Origin: Paragordius varius
Taxonomy: Eukaryota; Animalia; Nematomorpha
Direction of reading: 5' to 3'
Length of the DNA: 64,000 nucleotides
NCBI GenBank assembly: GCA_964247055.1
Contig: OZ176053.1
Span: 4,278,001 to 4,342,000 of the forward strand
Part shown: positions 52,893 to 64,000 of the stretch, piece by piece
Numbering within the stretch: the stretch's first letter is position 1
How the letters are laid out: each line of letters begins with the position of its first letter
Made by a program: the position numbers and the translations under genes
The notes under the pieces: generated by a model
Seen by the model: only the letters and a program-made list of their open reading frames with translations
Told to the model about the DNA's origin: nothing
Databases searched by the model: none

Positions 52893-55360
52893 CTAACCTG
52901 AAAAATAAATCAAGTTATCCATTTTCCCGGCACCTGAAATAGCAGAATCTAATGAAATTGAAAAATCCCCATAGATTGACACATTTTTTTTGAAATAATA
53001 ACAAATACCTCTTAAATAAATAAAAAGAATAATATTGATCGTACCCACAATATTCCATGGTGTTTTTGTGCACAAAATGCCATACATAATAAAGTTGTAT
53101 AATGTTTTATCCAAGGGCGCAAGTAATGAGGTTTTGCGTTCAAACGATGTTATAAGGTGGGCATAATGATCTAAAAGTTTAACGACAAAAAGTGTTGCAG
53201 TATCCTCTTTTATCAATTGTTGAAAGACGGGTCGCCAATATATGGTACGAAACGTTCTCCGATCTATAAATTGGTATTGAAACAAATAAATTTATCCAAA
53301 AGATAGTTTTGAGGAATAAATGCTTTATTAATTAAATAAATTTGTCAAATACCCTGATCTTAGGACGACTTTTTTGACTATTAATGTGATAATACATAAA
53401 AATTTATTCATATTGAATTTGTTGATATTCATGTAATAATCCAACTTTAATAAATTTTCAAATAAAATAATATATTTAATATATTAAATGTTATGTAAAA
53501 TATTCAATTCAGTAACTAAAGTTAATTTATATAAATTCCTTAAAAAACTATAGGTTAATTAGTAAATTTAATATGCATGTTTTGTAAATATAGGTATTTC
53601 AGGTAAAGGAACCATTGGCTTTTTTAAAACCAAAAATGGCTCTAAAACCGTTTTATATTGAATTCTATTTTAATTTTTTTTGATAAAGCTAATATCTTTT
53701 TTCTTTGATTCATGTCTGACTTTTCATAAAAAGTAGCAAATTTTTGTTAATAAATATGCTTATATCTTGGAGGCATTTTATCCACATTGTACCTAAATAA
53801 TAGGTTATACTCAAAAAAATTTGAACGAAGACTGAAAAACTATGGAACGCAAGAAAAATTTGGCAAATTTTTTTTGAAACTTAAACGGTTCGGTTCCAAT
53901 CTCTTTTATATAAACATAATTTGACATATAGGAATATTGTGGTTTATTATCAAATTTTATCAAATTCGCGAAAAAACTTAGGTCAAATATTAATCATAAA
54001 AAATATCGAGAAAAGGCATTTTAATTATATTTATACTTTTGGCTATGAGATCCAATCGGCAGAATGCATTGCACAATGGTATAATATTAGGGATTACATC
54101 CTGTATTAGATAATTAGTTTCCATTTTATGAGAATCAATAAGGGTTGTTGTAATCTAATTATGTAAAACATACATTTAAGTAAGGTAAACAAAAACCAGT
54201 CTAACCACTTGCATTTATTCATGGTCATCGTCAATCAATTAATACCACAAATGCAAATACCAACTAGAAAAAATTGAAATTAACAAATTTATTACCTAAC
54301 GATATAAATGATACACAACTGGCCAAAATTAAAGCTTTACTAATGATGATTTTAAATATTTATAACACTTGTTAAACATTTAAGGTTATTTTTGAATTCC
54401 GTCAGAGTCACGGTCAAAACGCATTCAAGTCTTAATGTAATGTTGTTTGAGTCTTAGGGAAACACTATTGTAAACAATCTAGTTTTTTTGTCACATAAGT
54501 TTATATCAATAAAATCTCTTTTAAATTGTTTTTTAAAAAGCTGTATATATTCATCTAAATGTTAAACCAAACTATACAACTATAAATAAGACGACTTGTA
54601 CTTTTCTGTAAGGAATTAAAAATATTTTTTACACATTAGATACAAATAAAATGAATAAGCTGTAGAAACAATGTTGCATTAGAAAATATGGTAAAGTAAA
54701 ACTTTTATTGCATATAAATATTAACAAAATATTTTATTATATTCCTTATAAAGAAATATAGAAAAAAATCTAATCCAAAATAAATATTAATTACATTATT
54801 TTGCATTTCAACAATGTATTCGTCTGCTGTAAAATGCCGAGATTTATTGGACGTTTTAGAATTGTATTGAATCCAAAAATTTTCCTAATCTCCTAAATAA
54901 ATATTAATACCTCTAACCACTGTAACGCATAATACACGCCTAACCGTAAATTTTCTACCGTAGGGATATTACCATGTGCGGCATCATGCCGAAGATTAAT
55001 AACCCACTCAGGAATATTTAATTTTTTTCCGTGCTTTGTCAACGGTTCTTTAGATTCTACCAAAGTGTTTGATAGTTGTTTAGATGTTTCAACAATAAGA
55101 TTAACAAATCTAGCCAAATATCATGATAAGAAAATACCTAATCAATGCCATAGATGATATAAATGAGAATAATTCGTCGGAGGAATCATGGTAAATGGCT
55201 AAAGCTAAATCACAAGTTGCTATTATGCCAATTGATAGGGCATATCTTATAATAAAAATGCTATAAACGGTTTATTTTGGTTGACCAAATCCAATCCTTC
55301 CCGTAAATCTTCTTTATTTTTTGAATATAATTTTGAATATAGGGTTTCCATATCATCCAT
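52893..55360 (-). CDS. LAS1L: LAS1-like pre-rRNA ITS2 endoribonuclease (HEPN); 3' exons partly unresolved
   Basis: Exons 55360-55269, 55245-55138, 55109-54911, 54884-54795, and a later exon from ~53263. Motifs MALIRFVNLI, IPEWVINLRHDAAH (HEPN RxxxxH), ALQWLEENFW, YWRPVFQQL. Confidence 0.85.
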
Positions 55361-55365
55361 TCATA

Positions 55366-58151
55366 ATGGCAATCAATCGGCGTTTTTTTCAAAATCCCTG
55401 CCCCAAAGATGATAATTTTTTATTAACCCCAACGCAAATTAGGGGACATATATATACTTACATTCAAAACATATTAGAAAGATTTAAACCTGAAGTTGGA
55501 AATTGTGATGGAGGCTTATATGTTGGTTTACCTGGCGTAGCCTTTATGCTATATAAACTTTTATCACATGAGATAACAACGAAATCCAAACTATTTAGTG
55601 AAGATGAAGAAACATTGTATCATGACTATATGCTTAAATATCTTGAGATATCCTTGAAAAATATGGAAAAATATAAAACTGAAAGCAATTTTGGATTTTT
55701 ATTAGGCAACGCTGGAATTAACGTGCTGTCTACTGTCCTGTATCTTTATCTCAGCAAAACCGGTGATAAATTGTCCACATTTTCCCCGGATATTGGGAAA
55801 TATTGTTTAAAACTATTTTATATTATTAGTTGTGCTAACTTCGCAAAATACATTTGATTTATTCGTATCAGCGGCTTCAATAGGTTACCCTATTAATTTT
55901 CTAAAATGTGGTGGTGATGAATTATTTGTTGGAAGAGCTGGTTATTTAAACGCCATTTATTTTTTGGAGAAGGAATTACCGTATTTGAAGGTATTTTTTG
56001 CAAAACTTAAAAAATTTAAAATATGGGCAAATCAGAAGCTTTAACCGTATCTGCTTTAGAACCGTTTGTTTAATGAAATCAACTTTTTAATTTTGTTTTC
56101 ACTTAAATATCAAGTGTTTTATAAAAGTTTCTATCAATATTTTTTCATATAAAAGGGTATATTATGATTATGACAATGGATCGAAAACCAATTTTGTCAA
56201 TATTTAGATTAGAATAATTTTGAACCAGAAAAAATAGGATTTACTCCGTATGAATATTTGTTAAAATCATCAAAATCTCATTTATATTCTTCACGCAATT
56301 AGATATGCCATTTTTTAACGAGGCCAATTTTTTATTTCTTATAAAAAAATTTTGAAGGCAATAATTTTTTTTACTGTTTTGAGGTGATAGAAATCTTCGG
56401 TAGAAAGGGTTCTATAATATTTTAAAGTTTTTATACAGTTTCACTTTACTCTAAAATACCATAAAATACACTTAAACAAAATTTTGTTAAAATTAATATT
56501 TAACAAGGCGTGTATTTTTAGATAAATTATTTTTATGTTATAGTTTAGCGTATGTAAAAATTCCTAGAACAAATCTCGGCATTTTGCGTAAAAAATCAGC
56601 CCATTTTAGGCGAGTTTAAAGCAAATTATATTTTGAATATTGTTTATGATATAGTGATATTTTTGCAATAAACCATTTAGCCTACATTAATAAATTTCAT
56701 AATTCTCGCTAATTATGCCACTTTTCTATGTGGGGAAATTACCAAACTCGTTAAAATAATTTTTAAATGACTTGTAAACAGAGGCGTAGATAGAGGGGAA
56801 GGGGGCGGATACACCGGGCGCCATAGTTGAAGGGGCCCCGGATTTTAAAATTTTTAATTCAATTGGAAAGAGAAATAAACATATCCTCTAATTTGGCACA
56901 CAGTATAAAACATAGTTTGTGGGCCTTTAATAGCTAATTTTTTGTAATTGTTTTTTTAACTAAGAACTTTATGTATTCTACTTAAAATGTAGATTGATGA
57001 TGGCATAAAACGAACATTAATTCAAAGTATGTTAGAATCTGGATCAAAGTTGGCTCAACAATCAACTAAACCAAATAAAAAATTTCCACTTATGTATAGT
57101 TATTATGGAACCAAATATTTAGGTTAGCTCAAATAGTTATATTTTAACCCTTTTACAAAGTATTAAACCTCAGTTTTTATTTAAGCGCCATGACTATTTT
57201 TAAAATTTAAATAGGTTTTCATATAATTTACTTATTTTATTTAAACATTCTGTTTCCCATACACTTGCCTTATGATGAAATTATTTTTTGAATTTGAGAA
57301 AAGAAGCATGAATTTTCGCAATTATTTATTTGTTTATTTTTTGGGGCTCTTTATTGACCTTTTATAAAATCGGCCGATAATAAACTTATACCAACTTTTC
57401 TGTAAAGTTATCTAAAACTAATTTTTGAAAAAGGGATTTATAAACCAAAATGTTATTCATCCATAATTTTCTCATATTTTATTTTATAAATGACATCACT
57501 TATAAACACAGTTCCTAAATATGTCGTTTTTTATTAATTCAATCCTTTTTCAAATGTTAAATTACGGGATCTTTTGAATTGGCAAAATTTTCTAAAATTG
57601 GAGCTAATTTTTTAAATAATTTTACCATTAATTTTATCCTTTAAGTAACAGTACACACTCTTTAAACAATGGTCTTAAATATGTCGTTCAATGTTGCAAA
57701 ATCATCTAGAAAAATGATTTTAAAAAATGATTTGTTTTAAAGTCTTTTATACTTAAACTATTACATTTTACCATTATTTTTTAACCTTTTCAAAGTGCAT
57801 TGAAAACTGTTCATTGTTATAAATAATACTTTTAACCATTATTTTCTCCTTTAAGCAGGTTCTTAAATATGTCATTTTATGGCATTGAATCATTCCTTTA
57901 CAAATGTTAAATTGCATATTTAAAAATTGGAATGATTTTTACTTTTTAAACAAAAAATCATAAACATACTAAATATTTTGTTTTTCTTAGGTGCCGGACA
58001 TGGATTTAGTTATATCCTTTTTGTTAAATTATAAGGAAATTCTATAAAACATACAAAACTCTTTAAAAACTTGAACCATTATTAAAAATGATTTTGTCTT
58101 GTAATCTCCTACGCTTAATTTCTTGCATTTGTACCCTTTAAACATAGTTCC

Positions 58152-58199
<48 letters not shown>

Positions 58200-59591
58200 T
58201 GCGGGGCATGGAATTAGCTCAATCCTTTTACAAATGTTAAATTACAAAGAAATTCTCGAAACCATACCCCAAGGACTTGAGTTGGTTCGCGCCAGTTGTG
58301 ATGCCCTTCTCTCCTACCAATGGGCTAACGGTAATTTTGCACCGACTCTTGATGAGGTGGGTGAAGAACCTTCACTCAATAATGAACTCATGCATTGGTG
58401 CCATGGTGCTCCTGGTAATATAATATAAATGGTGGATATGAACGCTAAATAAGCGCGTATTTTTCTTAATATTTAGGTTAATTTAACAATTGCTTTTACC
58501 TTGAATTTGTTAGTAAATTTTAAGTTAAAACTTGGGTTATTCTATTAATGGGGAGTTTATGGCTTAAGTATTAGTTAAATTATTTTGGCGACATTTTGTC
58601 ATAGCATATGTAAATTGTAAAACTTTTCTTGACACTTGTTTTGGAACTTTAAAACAGTCATTGTGACAATGTTAATATTTGATTTATATGTCACATGCGC
58701 CCTCATCGACAATTAAATGTGTACCAAAATAATCTAATTTTTTTCGACCGTTGTTTATTTTTTACCATGCTAATACTATAAATATTTGCAGGTATCATAT
58801 ACTTGATGGCTAAGGCATTTTTGGTGTTTGGGGACCAAAAGTATTTGGATTGTGCAAAAGCATGCGGAGAATGTATTTGGGAACGAGGGCTATTACGCAA
58901 AGGACCAGGACTGTGCCATGGTATAGCGGGAAATGCTTACGCTTTCCTCCTTTTATACAGACTCTCTGCGTGTCAGGATGTGAAATGGGTCCATCGAGCA
59001 CACCGTTTTGCTCAATTTATGTTTTCGGGTAAAGTTTTTATCAAACTAATTGAATTTATATCTTGGAAAGTTTTAGATTTTTTAACAGTCACATTCAACA
59101 AGAATATAGGGTGGGTGGGTTTAAAAGGTTATACACAGGCATTCGTGATTAAAAAGTTTCATATGTTTAGCATGTAAAATACAAATATAAGGATGAAAAT
59201 TTAATTTAAATGTCAAAAATTATATTTTAATTAACACCAAAAAAAGGGATTAATTACATATTTTATCTAGCTAAAACATATAGGTGCTACCTTAAACACA
59301 CCTTCATTGGCAGAAAAAGCCATCTTTATATTAAATAATTGTAGTATCTGACTCCATAATAAACTATCAGACTGGTTATTACGAATTTAACCTTAGCCCT
59401 AAAATATATTACTTATATTTAATTTTTATTTTAATATATATATCGGAAATTATTTAGATATGTTCCAACATGAAAGTCGTGTACCCGATTCTCCATTCAG
59501 TTTATATGAAGGCTTAGCTGGTACTGTCTGTTTTCTTGTCGATTTACTGTACCCAGAAAAAGCAGCTTTTCCGTTTTATGATATATTTTAA
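55366..59591 (+). CDS. LANCL3: LanC-like protein (LANCL3-like), ~438 aa, 6 exons
   Basis: Exons 55366-55804, 55830-55990, 56993-57122, 58199-58414, 58792-59028, 59458-59591 (1317 nt). Motifs DGGLYVG, DELFVGRAGY, PLMYSYYGTKYLGAGHG, WCHGAPG, GLCHGIAG (Zn ligands), SLYEGLAG...FP. Confidence 0.92.
57991..58046 (+). pseudogene. Degenerate duplicate of the 5' end of LANCL exon 4 (pseudo-exon)
   Basis: ttttcttag|GTGCCGGACATGGATTTAGTTATATCCTTTT-----TGTTAAATTATAAGGAAATTCT aligns to 58199 onward with a 5-nt deletion, giving TAA at 58032. Confidence 0.8.
58152..58197. repeat. (TA)n microsatellite directly abutting a splice acceptor; others at ~2506-2532, 15784-15806, 16682-16699, 20787-20808, 28447-28482, 29340-29356, 38101-38135
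   Basis: Dinucleotide runs read directly from the sequence; run boundaries are approximate. Confidence 0.95.
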
Positions 59592-59983
59592 TACACATAA
59601 AGTTAATTAATAAAGACAGAATATTTATTTAATTGAAAGAATAAATTAAAATAATATATAATAATGCATATAGTTTTGGGTTTTATTAATCTTTATAATC
59701 GTAAATGGATATACATCTTCCCTGTTTGCAAACCTATATATGAAATAAAAAAATATATATTAATTAACGATAAATGTGATTTTTTGTCTTATTTATCTGG
59801 TATCATTAAAATACTTTTCTCCATATGGTTTATTTCTAACGTAAAAACTATCAAATAATTTTGATCCATATTAAAGTTAAATTTCCAGATTTATCAATAA
59901 TTAACACCTTTTCTCATCGATTGATATCCTTAAGATGCTATTTTCAACCAATATCATAAAAACGAAAATAATAATTTATTTTG

Positions 59984-62900
59984 TTATTTACGAGCTCTCG
60001 TATATTTTAGTGTTTTTAAAGGAATTATGAATATAGGAAAATATATAAAGTGCAATCTTACAAATTCTGTTTTCGAAGGGTACAATTTACCATTCAAGCA
60101 ATATACATTATCAACTACTGATGGTAGGGAGTCATTATAATTGTTATCCGGATTGATACAATACATATCCATACAGTTAGACTAAAATTAAAAAAATGTT
60201 TTTATTTTTTAGTCTTAATAGACTACAAGAAATAAAACAGAAACGTAATTGCTACTTCTTATACCCATATGGGTTATTTCGAATCATAGATGATTTAAAA
60301 TCAAATAAAAATTGCTCAAAATTCTAATGCATTCAATTGCCTATTAAAAAATATCAAAACGAAAAATTTGGTTTTTGCGGCCAAATATTTTGTGTAGTTT
60401 TTGAAAATTAATCATATTTCCCGTCAAAATAAAATATTAATTATTTTAAAATCCAATTATATGTCGTAAATCTTTCTTTAAAAGCTTTTAGATTGACAAC
60501 CCAAAGTTGTTTAAAAATATATTTGCACGAAATTAAGTTGGTCCTTAAAACTTTTATCATTGTTTATAAATAGTCCCTTCCCTTTATCTTTCACTATTAA
60601 TATTTTTTGCTAATTATAAACTTGTTTTGTAAAAAAACCATTTTTTTCCATTCAATTTGACATTAATATGACCTTAACAATTATAATTTATTATTTTATA
60701 CGATTCGCAATAATTTACCCAATAAAATATTTTTTCGGTCTATAGCAGTTAAATATAATTTTTTTCTTTAGTTAATGAATCCACGGTGTTCTAGGACCAA
60801 CTTAAAATATTCATGTTTTAAAAAAGCGATTTTAAAAAGTAAATGGTATATATTCAGAACTTATTTAATTAAATTACATTCTGATAATCGCAGAAATATT
60901 TGGGATACGTGGTATGGCATAAATCTTGGCAAAACCTTCTTGGTAGATGGAAGTATTCCTTTTTCAAAAATGAATCACCCTTGCCTTCAATCAATAAACA
61001 GCTCCCATTACTTCTAAATATTTTTAAAAAATTTATCATATATTCGCTATCCTTAAATATTTTTTGAATTTTAAAAATAATGCTGATAAGTTAAAACAAA
61101 ACCATTATCAACATAAATTAGTTTTAAAAAACTTATATTTGTTACCCCCATACGCCATATTAGAAAATATATAAAAATTATAAATTCTCCATTATTAATT
61201 TATTTTTAAAATTTTTTTTAAATTACTACTTACTCTAAAGTTTCTTTGATATATTTGGCGCTACACTTTGACCATGTATACCGTTCTTTGTAATGCGGGT
61301 AATGGCCCATGATACCTCGATTTCCATTTTTATTAAGGAATTCGCAATCTACAGTATCCGTGGCTCCAAAGCCTTCATCGTGATGTGCTCCTAGTCTAAA
61401 ATAATTTTATCACAATATAAAATATCACTTTTTTGCATAGTTTGTTTAATTAGCTATGTTTTTGTTTTATATGATATATTATCATTTAATGGCGTGCCAC
61501 GGTTGTTTTTTTTTGAATTCAAATAGCTGCTAGGAAAATTATTATTTTTTCATCAAAAATAAATATATTTATTTAGTTTTTGGGTGGGGTGTTGACTTGT
61601 AAGTCAAGCCTGGCAAGTTGAGGAAGTTTATTTAAGCCAGCAAAAAAACACTTAAGTCAAGTCTTTTGCTTATGAATGTAACATTTTTTTGCCACCCAAT
61701 TTGAATTTTATGGAAATTTTTTTATTATTTTCAGCCAAAATTTATGAAAAAGGCACAAAAAGATAGACAATAAATACAATATGCATTTATTGAAGTTTTT
61801 CAAACTCACTGGCACGTATCTTATTAAATATTATAGAGTTTTCGAAATATTGAGCCAGGTAGTAATTTTTAGATTTATGAAACTATTCGCCCTTAAAACA
61901 CTTTCCATTATTTTACCATACTACTTATTTTGTTTGGAGTCCAGTTGCAAATATAATGGGAAGATGTTTATACAATATAACATATTATTATTTTTCGTTG
62001 ATTATCAACATTACATTTGAAATAAATTTATGATGAAATAATTTCTTTACATTAATTAATATAACTTTTAGCGTTCAATAAATGAAGATTTAAAATTTTA
62101 CAAGAATATGATTAAATTATTAACTTAAAGAAATTTTCGAGAATCAAATTTTTTTGCGTTCACGAAATCGATATATTTAGCATATTTATATCCCATGCTC
62201 TTAGATATTGGCAGAGTGTTTCTATAAATTTATCTACTTTTGTATCCGCCCAATGAATAGTTTAATTAGCCAAATATCAAATTAACATTTTATAGCATTA
62301 ACAAAGGTTTGAATTACTTATAAAACCTAAATTTTATACATATATAGTTTCCAAAATAATTTATCCATATTTTTAAATCTGTCAAGTGTGCCCTGCACCA
62401 CACTTGCAAAATCTTTAAGTTTTACTTAATCATATGATTTTTATCATCTCCTTATCAAGTTTTCTCGCTTGACTTAAGTCGTCTAATGTTAAATTTTTTT
62501 TATCACATGAAAGCAAGCCATGATTTGAAAAACTTGCAAGTCAAGTCAAAAAATTTATCACCCCACCCTTTATTGAGTATTAGATTAAAACATACACATG
62601 TCCCAATTCATGAGTAAACGTAGTGGATGATCCTAAGCCAAAGTAATCGCTTACATATCCATTTTCTTCCATATTACAAATCGATCCAGTGTATGCAAAA
62701 CCTAAAAATCAGACCGCCTTAATTAACCTGTAGGATCTCCGAATCCAGAAACAGCTCTATAAAATAATATACCATTTATAGTTTAAATTCACCCTTGAAA
62801 TTCTAATTCACCCTAAAAATAAATTATGTCTTTTCGAACTAATATGACTCCTTATTAATATGAAATATATCTTTATGGCTTTGTTTATTATTTTTTCAGT

Positions 62901-63544
62901 ATTTTAGTTTAAAAAAAATTTTATTTTTTGAAAATATATAAAAATATAAGTAATTTTAATCTTGAAAAACACTTAATATATTTTAGGGTGAATTTGAATT
63001 GTTTAAGGGTGAATGTGAGTGAAGGGTGAATTTGGATTGTAAATGGTATATTAGAAAAATAGCGATTAATATAAAAATTTAAATTGGTTAAAAAAATTAT
63101 AAAAGATATCTTACAGCGAAAATTGAAATTATTCGGACAAACGTAAAACATAAAGAAAAGTATTTTTTTGAAAAGACGTCTCTACTTTTTTAATTTTTTA
63201 ATCTAATTGTTTTTAATTTCAATAAATACAGATTTTCCATGGTTACATTATAAATTATATATTTTACAATTGAAAAATAAATTTATAGCTGAAATATCAA
63301 GTGTTAAAAATATGGTTGTCTTTTGAAAAAAATATTTGTCCAAATATATATTTATTCATTTTGTCTGTATAATTTAAATATGTAATGTATTTTTTGATTA
63401 ATTTTGATCAGAAATAGTAATAATATACGGAGAAAGGTATGCCGCAACATCCCAAATATTGTTTGTATACACCTTTCGAAATTCCTTGAGATATTTATTG
63501 AAATTTATCAGGGCTGTTTCTACACCAGAGTAAGGTTTCAAAAC
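59984..63544 (-). CDS. ADAMTS/reprolysin (M12B)-type zinc metalloprotease, partial (5' exons not located)
   Basis: Phase-consistent exons 63544-63429, 62756-62728, 62701-62596, 61395-61234, 61013-60878, 60181 to ~59984. They encode WDVAAYLS...GFAYTGSIC...TFTHELGHV|LGAHHD...GIM (Met-turn)...WSKCS...CL...LP...C...C...CMDMYC...D.VYCLNGK. Confidence 0.85.
61582..62568. mobile_element. MITE with GGGTGGGGTG termini and subterminal TTGACTTG(T/C)AAGT motifs; intronic
   Basis: 10-bp TIR GGGTGGGGTG / CACCCCACCC and inverted subterminal motifs. Flanks are T-rich and the TSD is ambiguous. Confidence 0.6.
62772..63046. mobile_element. Shorter full copy of the 21-bp-repeat foldback MITE
   Basis: TA|CCATTTATAGTTTAAATTCACCC ... 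GGGTGAATTTGGATTGTAAATGG|TA, with fewer repeat units than 28647-29036. Confidence 0.8.
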
Positions 63545-64000
63545 CTAATTTATTATTAAAACACATTTTATGTTATTATAAATTTTATAAGGGTAGTGTA
63601 GTTATCTGCGCAGTTTAAGGCCCAAACCGCATGGATTTAAATCGATTGTTTGATTGTGCGGGTATGTTTGTAAGATAATATTGGTAATTAAAAATTTGTT
63701 ATTATCAAAGAATATTCAGGAATATGCGTGTCTAGTTTTGTTTAATTTCAGGCCGCCCGACTTATTTTAAGTTAAATCCCGGTATATAATTAATTTTCAT
63801 TAAAATATTATTGATAATAATTTATTTACACTTATGATTTTTACTATTTAACAAATAGAATCACATTTTCTAAATAAATATAGAGTGTAATTTATTCCTC
63901 TTGATTTAGAAAATGGAATAATAATTTATCGCACAAATTCGTTTTAATCATTCGACATTCTATTAGGATTCGATATTAACCATTTAAACTTTGGATTTTA

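Overview
Very AT-rich, intron-containing eukaryotic (animal-like) genomic DNA in the standard code. I saw no rRNA, tRNA or CRISPR features. Eight protein-coding genes were reconstructed by hand, several largely missed by the ORF track because their exons are short: HSP90B1/GRP94 (-), CEP97-like (+), Caprin (+), RASSF-type RA+SARAH (-), SLC35C2 (+), LAS1L (-), LANCL3-like (+) and a partial ADAMTS/reprolysin-type metalloprotease (-). Intergenic DNA and introns carry hAT elements (two with perfect 8-bp TSDs), a ~5.8 kb inverted hAT pair nested in an RTE LINE relic, a non-autonomous Helitron and three MITE families. Main highlights: (1) a tandemly duplicated, phase-locked exon in GRP94 that looks like a mutually exclusive cassette over the client-binding region; (2) LAS1L and LANCL3-like start codons only 5 nt apart, back to back; (3) a class of 21-29 nt GT-AG introns, concentrated near gene 5' ends, alongside 66-80 nt and kb-scale introns. 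All gene names come from remembered family motifs, not from a database search, and all splice models are inferred from sequence alone.
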